Source: Piromyces finnis finn
Taxonomy: Eukaryota > Fungi > Neocallimastigomycota
DNA length: 64,000 nt
Assembly: GCA_002104945.1 (NCBI GenBank)
Contig: MCFH01000001.1
Span: 1,488,001 to 1,552,000, forward strand
Reading direction: 5' to 3'
Part shown: one piece after another, positions 33,172 to 42,200 of the stretch
How positions within the stretch are numbered: the stretch's first letter is position 1
Layout: every line of letters starts with the position of its first letter
Translations under genes and position numbers: made by a program
The notes under the pieces: generated by a model
The model's database searches: none
What the model was told of the DNA's origin: nothing
What the model saw: the letters and a program-made list of their open reading frames with translations, nothing else

Positions 33172-33240
33172 TACTTACTCCCTGAAACGGAAGTAAGAAA
33201 AACAATTTATAACTATATTTTTATGTTCCTTCTTGGTGAA
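33172..33240 (+). mobile_element. 5' piece of a truncated second-family LINE fragment (family B), split by the nest
   Basis: Reads YLLPETEVRKTIYNYIFMFLLG, matching family A ...SKIFKFLLGG. It continues in frame into 53491 (GGTLACDE...). Ends in ttggtgaa, echoed by ttggtggaa at 53489. Confidence 0.6.
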
Positions 33241-33850
33241 ACCCCTCTTGGGAACGTGCCTTCATTTATTTAATAAATGTAGTTTCTCAAGGGGGTCTAC
33301 TCATGCTCATTCCCTCTTGGGAACGTGCCTTCATTTATTTAATAAATGTAGTTTCTCAAGGGGGTCTACTCATGCTCATGGTACTGAGAGAGTAGAAAGA
33401 ATTAAATCCAAGTATTGCGCAATGGATGCTTGGTGCCCTCTTAGGAATGTGCCTTCATTTATTTAATAAATGTAATTTCTCAAGGGGGTCTACTCATGCT
33501 ACCTCTTGGGAACGTGCCTTCATTTATTTAATAAATGTAGTTTCTCAAGGGGGTCTACTCATGCTCATGGTACTGAGAGAGTAGAAAGAATTAAATCCAA
33601 GTATTGCGCAATGGATGCTTGGTGCCCTCTTAGGAATGTGCCTTCATTTATTTAATAAATGTAATTTCTCAAGGGGGTCTACTCATGCTCATGGTACTGA
33701 GAGAGTAGAAAGAATTAAATCCAAGCATTGCGCAATGGATGCTTGGTTAGTCTTCAAGGGAAAATTATTAGGACTAAGCTCATGGTACTGAGCGATTAAA
33801 AAACATTTTATTCATCAAATTTAAGTATTTGATGAATAAGTGAATGTTTG
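33241..33850 (+). repeat. Stacked 5' ends of three nested LINEs: ~124-nt structured 5' UTR units
   Basis: Element 5' ends (a/t)c(c)(c)tcttgggaac at 33241, 33311 and 33501. Unit period is 124 nt (ggggg at 33549 and 33673). Confidence 0.9.
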
Positions 33851-33859
33851 ATTTTTCAG

Positions 33860-34200
33860 GTAAGTTTGTATAGTATTTAATTAGAAGAGTAATACATTTT
33901 GTTGCTGTATTTTTTCTTTTATTCATGTATTCATGTAGTACTACTCTTCTCTTGTAAGAATCCAATGTAGTCAACTTTAGCATTTGCATTGTACTTTTAT
34001 ATTCATGTAGCTATTGTTGTATTGTTTCTTGTAAGAGACTGATTCACTCTACATCATGTAAAAATACTATTCACAAGCTTTCTGGTGTCGACATTCTTGA
34101 TTCAAATTTTTTACCAATTTAAATATTTAATGAAAAGTAAAGTCAAACAAGTTTAGTGTCAAAAAGCGATTCGAATTTACTAACAACAAACCAAAACTAG
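33860..34200 (+). other. Putative 341-nt spliceosomal intron in the LINE 5' UTR
   Basis: CAG|GTAAGT donor at 33857-33865, TACTAAC at 34178-34184, TAG at 34198-34200. The same signals occur in copies 2, 3 and 4. Confidence 0.55.
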
Positions 34201-34392
34201 AATTTTTAAAGAAAATTTACAACTAGAATTCAAAAAATAAGAAACTTTAAACAAAGCATCGTAACAATTTTTGTACTATCCAGTACTTTTAAGAAGAGAG
34301 AGAGAGACAGATTTTTTTCCATATACGTTATATTTGTAATTTTTATTAGTATTTATTTTATATTCAATATTTTTTAATTAGAATTTATTATC

Positions 34393-37300
34393 ATGTCAGT
34401 CCTTTATATTAAAGATAAGAATTATATCAGACGTGGTACCCGGTCTTATGGTATCCCCTTAGATGATATTCGCTCCTTCTTTATCCGTGGTATTCGATCA
34501 TGGTCAGTAAATATGCTATGGGAAAAACTCGAGGTTATTCTAGAAGATAAATTTAATTCAGTTATTAGTGTTAAATATTTTCAAACTTTCAATGATCACT
34601 TTTTCTTAGTCAAGGTTCATGGTTCATCAAAAGATTGTATTAAAATCTTACACATGTTAAAGAAGAAACTTTCAGTTACCTCAATTTCCTTTTCAGCTCG
34701 TAGTAGAAGGAATCACAAATACACTTTTTCCACTCTCAAACGTAAAATTTTAGTTTCTAATAAACATCAACATTCTATTCAACAATCATTTCAACAATCA
34801 GTTCAACAATCAGTTCAACAATCTCATCAACAATCCGATCTTCAACGAGATCTTCAACAGGATCTTCAACAAGTTTCCCATCATGAAAATATTCCAGATC
34901 TACAGCAAACACAATTTCAATCTCAACATTCAACAATTAATTCTAATAGTTCTATCAACTCTGATAACAGTTCAATAGTTGATAGTTCTTCAGTTTCACA
35001 GCCATCTAGTAATAGTTCTACTTATTCCTCTGATGCATCATCCATTAATAACGATGACTTTAATAATAATAATAATAGCAACGATTCTTCCTCATCCAAC
35101 AAGCCTGATAACTTTTCTTTTTGTCTTAGTTGGAACACCAATGGGTGGAATCATGAAAAGAGAGATAGTATTAGCTATTTCACAGCTATTTTCAAACCAT
35201 TATTCTTATGTTTCCAAGAAACTGGTAATGGTTCTGGATCGAATACAGATTATCCTTGTCGTGTTACTTTGCGAAACTATAGACACTTTTTCAAGAAAGC
35301 TGACGAATCAGTTCCGGGAATGAGAGGTTTATATTTAGGTTTTCACAATTCGTGTCAAGCCTCACTTGAAAACTTCTCTGGAAAGTATATTATTTCTATT
35401 TATACTTTTAGTCTCTGGAATAGATTCAAATGCTCGATTGGAAATGTTTATATGCCTCATAGTCATCACAACATCTATGTTGATCATGCAAAGTTAGAAG
35501 TTCGCTTGTGGTTACAAACTCATTCATCCCATCCATCGATTCTTGTTGGTGATTTTAATATGTCTAAAGTAAAATTATCCAACTGGTTATCAACTAATGG
35601 ATTAGGAGATTGGGAAATTCTTCCGCTTAGAGGGTCTACTATCTCTTGGACTCGAGGTGAACAATCTTCCGACATTGACCATGCTCTTATCAATTCGAAG
35701 ATGAAAGATCTTATTCACTCAGGATCATTTATAAATAATTTTTATCCTGTATCAGACCATAAGCCACTTCTTATTAATGGTAAAATTATTCCTATGGAAG
35801 ATTTTTCTAATGACTTTAACGTTCCTAAGAAAATTCTGAAATGGAATAGATTAAAATGTATTGAGGAAAAGGAATCTATTCTCAGTCATAATAAATTCCA
35901 AATACTTTCAGCAAAATTCAACGATCCTAATGTTTCTACAGATGATCTTTCCAAAGAATTTACTTCAACTGCTTTTTCAATTGCAGACGAGCTCAGTATT
36001 ACCTCAGCAAATAATGTTATAAAGTCTTCATTTCATATTTCACAACAAATTTTTAATCTCCAAAAAATCAAAATGAAGTTGTATAAGAGATTTAAAAAAG
36101 AAAGAATTTATGATATAGATGAATTTATTAAAAGAATTAAAATCTACCGTAAGCTCATTGATTACATCCACAAAAGATGTAATGAATTTAGGAAACAAGA
36201 ATATCTTCATTGGATTAAAACAGGATGTGAGTATATGAAGAGTCATAATCCTAAGAAGGCCTGGAAATGGATCAAGAAAACTGCAAAAATTGGAAAAGAT
36301 TCTTTCTTTATTGCTCAACCAATTAAAAATAAAAATGGAGAGTTAGTTGTTGCTACGGAAGAACAACTAGATGTGTGGCATGATCATTTCGAAAATCTTG
36401 CATCAGATCCAAGTGGCGTAAGTCTTGATTTGGAGCATTGGTATGAAGAACCAACGAATAAACGTTTTTCACTCCCTATGCTTGATGAATGGGATATCAA
36501 CCAAGATATTAGTATTGATGAAGTCAAGTCAGCTATCCTCTCTACTCCGAATTATAAAGCATCAGGTCCGGATGGTATTCCAATTGAATTTTACAAAGCA
36601 TTAATTCCATCAAGTAATGATTCTAATAATGCTACAGATAATAATTCTTCCGGTAATACCACTTCAGATAATGATTCTTATGGTTTAAATTTTATTCTTA
36701 AATTATACAACCGTATTTGGGATGGAGACTTCCCCAACTCATGGAATGAATCCAGTATTGTTTCTATTCCTAAGAAGGGAGATTTGACAGATTGTGATAA
36801 CTATCGAGGTATATCACTTATCAATAATGGTATTAAGTTGATTTCCAAAATTGTCACCACTAGAATCTCAGAATATGGTCTAAAGAATAATTTCATTAGA
36901 CCTGAACAATTTGGTTTTCGAAAAAAGGAAGAAAGTATCAGTCTTTTCATTTCAATCCAAGAAATATGCCGTAGACGTCAATTAGATAATAAAGAGACAT
37001 ATTTGGCCTTTTTAGATCTCAGGAAAGCATACGATTCAGTCCCAATCGGTAATATTCTCCATAAATTAGATTGTTTAGGAATCCGAGGTAAGAGTTTACA
37101 ATTCATCAAAAATTTATATTTAACATCTAAGGCTAATGTCAAATTAGATGGACAATTCTCGAAATCTTTTGATGTGAAGAAAGGAGTCCGTCAAGGATGC
37201 CCTCTTTCTCCTATTCTCTTTAATCTCTTTATTAATGATATATTTAAAGAGTGTGAAGATCTCGGAGTCAGTTTAGGTGACACTCGATGCTGTGGTGGAC

Positions 37301-38919
37301 TTTTTGCAGATGATATAGTTATTTGTGCTCCAACAAGAGGATGCTTAAAAAAGATGCTTAGAAGAGTTAATGAATGGGCCTTGTATAATGAAATGGAATT
37401 TGGTATCCAGAAATGTTCAACGATGGTGATTCGTCCTGAATCAATAGAAAATCAGAACAAGAGAGATCCAACATTTTACTTAGCAGGACAACCCATTCCA
37501 ACTACTGATTGTTATACTTATCTTGGTGTTCCATTTGATAAGAATCTGTCCCTTAAACCAGTTATTAAAGCTCTTAATAACAAGGTTTTGAAAGGACTTT
37601 TCTCAGTCAGTAAATTCTTAAGAAATCCTAATATTCCTATTCCCTTCAAAAAGCTAGTACTTAACTCACAAGTGATTAGCAGAGTTTCATACTTTGCACC
37701 ATTACTTGGATCCAACAAAGCCAGGTCTAGGATTGCACAGAAGCATGTTAACAAAGGAATACGATGGGTTGCCGGAGTTCATAAAGCTGTATCGTTTATA
37801 TCTTTATACTCTATCTCAAAAGATTTGAATATTCCTCCATTGTCAGCCAAATGTGCATTAGCTCAGGTTAGATGTTTTAACAAATGGAAAAACTCAAATT
37901 GTATTATCTCACACCTTGTCAATTACATTCCTAAATTTAGAAAATACACGTGGTGCAAATCAAGTAGGACACTTGATAAAAAACTAAAGAAACATGGAGA
38001 TGTTAAAGCAGTTAAAAACTTTTATTGGAAAGATCTCAAAGGGAATTCAATCAAAGCGCAATATTATGATGATAATAAGTTTATTGATACTAAAGATTTT
38101 ATTAAATTATGTTATGAGTACCCAGAGTTTGCCTATGGCTTCTACTGGCTATTGAAAGCAAGAAGCGGATACAAGTTGGATGCTAGAGTTGCCAAAGCTG
38201 CCAAATTTGTTGATCCAGTTTGTCCTAACTACTGTCCATGTTGCAAGTGTGGAGATCAAAGTATTAAACATTGGTTATTAGATTGTCCAACATTTAGAGA
38301 TATCCGTATTAAACATTATGATTCCATAGTCCAGCTATTAAATTTTTTCAGTCAACGTAATTCCAATAGTCCTATCAATAATAATGAAATTGATAATATC
38401 AGTAGAGATAGTAATAATATTAATAGTAATAGTAACAATAGTAATAATAACAATAGTAATAGTAACAATAGTAATAATAACAATAGTAGTAATAGAAATA
38501 ATAATATTAGTAATGATAGCAATAGTGAAGATAATAATTCTAATTTAGATAGTAATTTAGTTAATGATAGTAATAGTTCTAATAATCCGGTGAATATTAA
38601 TGTGTATGATTATTCTAGTGTGTGCAGTAAAATATTTAAATTCCTTCTTGGGGGAAGAAGTTTTAACAATATTAATTACAATTCAAGGGAATGGAAAGAA
38701 CTTTGTAAGCGTCAGATTCAATCTGGTACTAACGAAGGAACACCATTCTTGACGGTAACCGCGGAACTTCTAACCAAAATCATGCCTTTTGCTATTGGCC
38801 AGCAATGGTCAATGTTCAAAAGGTTTGAAGCAACATCCAAGAGCGTCAATGCTGAAGAAACAGTAAGACAGGCCAGGAGGGCCAGCGCAACCAATGGAGA
38901 TCATAATTTTGTCCCATGA
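34393..38919 (+). CDS. Single-ORF LINE protein: RRM-like N-terminus, APE endonuclease, reverse transcriptase, CCHC knuckle
   Basis: APE motifs SWNTNG, FQETG, LVGDFN, IDHAL, SDHKP. RT motifs ASGPDG, YRGISL, QFGFR, FLDLRKAYDSV, GVRQGCPLSPILF, LFADD. C-x2-C-x8-H-x4-C (CPCCKCGDQSIKHWLLDC). Confidence 0.97.
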   Translation: MSVLYIKDKNYIRRGTRSYGIPLDDIRSFFIRGIRSWSVNMLWEKLEVILEDKFNSVISVKYFQTFNDHFFLVKVHGSSKDCIKILHMLKKKLSVTSISFSARSRRNHKYTFSTLKRKILVSNKHQHSIQQSFQQSVQQSVQQSHQQSDLQRDLQQDLQQVSHHENIPDLQQTQFQSQHSTINSNSSINSDNSSIVDSSSVSQPSSNSSTYSSDASSINNDDFNNNNNSNDSSSSNKPDNFSFCLSWNTNGWNHEKRDSISYFTAIFKPLFLCFQETGNGSGSNTDYPCRVTLRNYRHFFKKADESVPGMRGLYLGFHNSCQASLENFSGKYIISIYTFSLWNRFKCSIGNVYMPHSHHNIYVDHAKLEVRLWLQTHSSHPSILVGDFNMSKVKLSNWLSTNGLGDWEILPLRGSTISWTRGEQSSDIDHALINSKMKDLIHSGSFINNFYPVSDHKPLLINGKIIPMEDFSNDFNVPKKILKWNRLKCIEEKESILSHNKFQILSAKFNDPNVSTDDLSKEFTSTAFSIADELSITSANNVIKSSFHISQQIFNLQKIKMKLYKRFKKERIYDIDEFIKRIKIYRKLIDYIHKRCNEFRKQEYLHWIKTGCEYMKSHNPKKAWKWIKKTAKIGKDSFFIAQPIKNKNGELVVATEEQLDVWHDHFENLASDPSGVSLDLEHWYEEPTNKRFSLPMLDEWDINQDISIDEVKSAILSTPNYKASGPDGIPIEFYKALIPSSNDSNNATDNNSSGNTTSDNDSYGLNFILKLYNRIWDGDFPNSWNESSIVSIPKKGDLTDCDNYRGISLINNGIKLISKIVTTRISEYGLKNNFIRPEQFGFRKKEESISLFISIQEICRRRQLDNKETYLAFLDLRKAYDSVPIGNILHKLDCLGIRGKSLQFIKNLYLTSKANVKLDGQFSKSFDVKKGVRQGCPLSPILFNLFINDIFKECEDLGVSLGDTRCCGGLFADDIVICAPTRGCLKKMLRRVNEWALYNEMEFGIQKCSTMVIRPESIENQNKRDPTFYLAGQPIPTTDCYTYLGVPFDKNLSLKPVIKALNNKVLKGLFSVSKFLRNPNIPIPFKKLVLNSQVISRVSYFAPLLGSNKARSRIAQKHVNKGIRWVAGVHKAVSFISLYSISKDLNIPPLSAKCALAQVRCFNKWKNSNCIISHLVNYIPKFRKYTWCKSSRTLDKKLKKHGDVKAVKNFYWKDLKGNSIKAQYYDDNKFIDTKDFIKLCYEYPEFAYGFYWLLKARSGYKLDARVAKAAKFVDPVCPNYCPCCKCGDQSIKHWLLDCPTFRDIRIKHYDSIVQLLNFFSQRNSNSPINNNEIDNISRDSNNINSNSNNSNNNNSNSNNSNNNNSSNRNNNISNDSNSEDNNSNLDSNLVNDSNSSNNPVNINVYDYSSVCSKIFKFLLGGRSFNNINYNSREWKELCKRQIQSGTNEGTPFLTVTAELLTKIMPFAIGQQWSMFKRFEATSKSVNAEETVRQARRASATNGDHNFVP

Positions 38920-39155
38920 TAAAATTTTGATCTTTGGCTCGGTGTCCCATTGGAAGTCAAATACAATTATTATACTTTAGTATGATAGTGGCTTTCTTAC
39001 TTTAATTAAAATTACTAGAATACATTATACCCAATTTTTATTCATTTGTGTTTATTTAAACATATTTTTTTTTATTTTTATTTTATTTTAATTTTTATAT
39101 TACATGTATTATAATTTTAATTAAATTAATAATAAAGTTTAAAATATTTGATGCC

Positions 39156-39193
<38 letters not shown>

Positions 39194-39202
39194 ACTCATG
39201 CT

Positions 39203-42200
39203 CATGGTACTGAGAGAGTAGAAAGAATTAAATCCAAGCATTGCGCAATGGATGCTTGGTTAGTCTTCAAGGGAAAATTATTAGGACTAAGCTCATGGTA
39301 CTGAGCGATTAAAAAACATTTTATTCATCAAATTTAAGTATTTGATGAATAAGTGAATGTTTGATTTTTCAGGTAAGTTTGTATAGTATTTAATTAGAAG
39401 AGTAATACATTTTGTTGCTGTATTTTTTCTTTTATTCATGTATTCATGTAGTACTACTCTTCTCTTGTAAGAATCCAATGTAGTCAACTTTAGCATTTGC
39501 ATTGTATTTTTATATTCATGTAGCTATTGTTGTATTGTTTCTTGTAAGAGACTGATTCACTCTACATCATGTAAAAATACTATTCACAAGCTTTCTGGTG
39601 TCGACATTCTTGATTCAAATTTTTTACCAATTTAAATATTTAATGAAAAGTAAAGTCAAACAAGTTTAGTGTCAAAAAGCGAATCGAATTTACTAACAAC
39701 AAACCAAAACTAGAATTTTTAAAGAAAATTTACAACTAGAATTCAAAAAAAAGAAACTTTAAACAAAGCATCGTAACAATTTTTGTACTATCCAGTACTT
39801 TTAAGAAGAGAGAGAGAGACAGATTTTTTTCCATATACGTTATATTTGTAATTTTTATTAGTATTTATTTTATATTCAATATTTTTTAATTAGAATTTAT
39901 TATCATGTCAGTCCTTTATATTAAAGATAAGAATTATATCAGACGTGGTACCCGGTCTTATGGTATCCCCTTAGATGATATTCGCTCCTTCTTTATCCGT
40001 GGTATTCGATCATGGTCAGTAAATATGCTATGGGAAAAACTCGAGGTTATTCTAGAAGATAAATTTAATTCAGTTATTAGTGTTAAATATTTTCAGACTT
40101 TCAATGATCACTTTTTCTTAGTCAAGGTTCATGGTTCATCAAAAGATTGTATTAAAATCTTACACATGTTAAAGAAGAAACTTTCAGTTACCTCAATTTC
40201 CTTTTCAGCTCGTAGTAGAAGGAATCACAAATACACTTTTTCCACTCTCAAACGTAAAATTTTAGTTTCTAATAAACATCAACATTCTATTCAACAATCA
40301 TTTCAACAATCAGTTCAACAATCAGTTCAACAATCTCATCAACAATCCGATCTTCAACAAGATCTTCAACAGGATCTTCAACAAGTTTCCCATCATGAAA
40401 ATATTCCAGATCTACAGCAAACACAATTTCAATCTCAACATTCAACAATTAATTCTAATAGTTCTATCAACTCTGATAACAGTTCAATAGTTGATAGTTC
40501 TTCAGTTTCACAGCCATCTAGTAATAGTTCTACTTATTCCTCTGATGCATCATCCATTAATAACGATGACTTTAATAATAATAATAATAGCAACGATTCT
40601 TCCTCATCCAACAAGCCTGATAACTTTTCTTTTTGTCTTAGTTGGAACACCAATGGGTGGAATCACGAAAAGAGAGATAGTATTAGCTATTTCACAGCTA
40701 TTTTCAAACCATTATTCTTATGTTTCCAAGAAACTGGTAATGGTTCTGGATCGAATACAATTATCCTTGTCGTGTTACTTTGCGAAACTATAGACACTTT
40801 TTCAAGAAAGCTGACGAATCAGTTCCGGGAATGAGAGGTTTATATTTAGGTTTTCACAATTCATGTCAAGCCTCACTTGAAAACTTCTCTGGAAAGTATA
40901 TTATTTCTATTTATACTTTTAGTCTCTGGAATAGATTCAAATGCTCGATTGGAAATGTTTATATGCCTCATAGTCATCACAACATCTATGTTGATCATGC
41001 AAAGTTAGAAGTTCGCTTGTGGTTACAAACTCATTCATCCCATCCATCGATTCTTGTTGGTGATTTTAATATGTCTAAAGTAAAATTATCCAACTGGTTA
41101 TCAACTAATGGATTAGGAGATTGGGAAATTCTTCCGCTTAGAGGGTCTACTATCTCTTGGACTCGAGGTGATCAATCTTCCGACATTGACCATGCTCTTA
41201 TCAATTCGAAGATGAAAGATCTTATTCACTCAGGATCATTTATAAATAATTTTTATCCTGTATCAGACCATAAGCCACTTCTTATTAATGGTAAAATTAT
41301 TCCTATGGAAGATTTTTCTAATGACTTTAATGTTCCTAAGAAAATTCTGAAATGGAATAGATTAAAATGTATTGAGGAAAAGGAATCTATTCTCAGTCAT
41401 AATAAATTCCAAATACTTTCAGCAAAATTCAACGATCCTAATGTTTCTACAGATGAACTTTCCAAAGAGTTTACTTCAACTGCTTTTTCAATTGCAGACG
41501 AGCTCAGTATTACCTCAGCAAATAATGTTATAAAGTCTTCATTTCATATTTCACAACAAATTTTTAATCTCCAAAAAATCAAAATGAAGTTGTATAAGAG
41601 ATTTAAAAAAGAAAGAATTTATGATATAGATGAATTTATTAAAAGAATTAAAATCTACCGTAAGCTCATTGATTACATCCACAAAAGATGTAATGAATTT
41701 AGGAAACAAGAATATCTTCATTGGATTAAAACAGGATGTGAGTATATGAAGAGTCATAATCCTAAGAAGGCCTGGAAATGGATCAAGAAAACTGCAAAAA
41801 TTGGAAAAGATTCTTTCTTTATTGCTCAACCAATTAAAAACAAAAATGGAGAATTAGTTGTTGCTACGGAAGAACAACTAGATGTGTGGCATGATCATTT
41901 CGAAAAGCTTGCATCAGATCCAAGTGGTGTAAGTCTTGATTTGGAGCATTGGTATGAAGAACCAACGAATAAACGTTTTTCACTCCCTATGCTTGATGAA
42001 TGGGATATCAACCAAGATATTAGTATTGATGAAGTCAAGTCAGCTATCCTCTCTACTCCGAATTATAAAGCATCAGGTCCGGATGGTATTCCAATTGAAT
42101 TTTACAAAGCATTAATTCCATCAAGTAATGATTCTAATAATGCTACAGATAATAATTCTTCCGGTAATACCACTTCAGATAATGATGCTTATGGTTTAAA

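Larger units (their letters stand above)
33501..39190 (+). mobile_element. Full-length non-LTR retrotransposon, copy 1 (innermost, intact)
   Basis: 892-nt 5' UTR, 1508-aa ORF, ~240-nt 3' UTR ending gatgccgtt plus A32 (39159-39190). Flanked by TSD tctactcatgct at 33489-33500 and 39191-39202. Confidence 0.95.

Noticed and set aside
33233-33466. 77-aa ORF across the stacked 5' ends
   Set aside because: It starts at TTG/GTG and spans insertion junctions, so it is a chance product of nesting.
33241-33850. CRISPR-like repeat array or a known self-cleaving ribozyme
   Set aside because: The repeats have no unique spacers and resolve as stacked element 5' ends. CUGANGA/GAAA, the HDV nested pseudoknot, the pistol core and the hairpin-ribozyme AGAA/NGUC geometry were checked by eye and do not fit.
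33780-33989. Antisense 69-aa ORF repeated at 39293 and 44914
   Set aside because: It recurs only because the copies are near-identical. It is disrupted in copy 4 and has no recognisable motif.
34979-35323. Overlapping 114-aa alternative-frame ORF and the antisense 78-92-aa ORFs inside the LINE ORF
   Set aside because: These are shadow frames of the APE/RT coding sequence, with no independent support.
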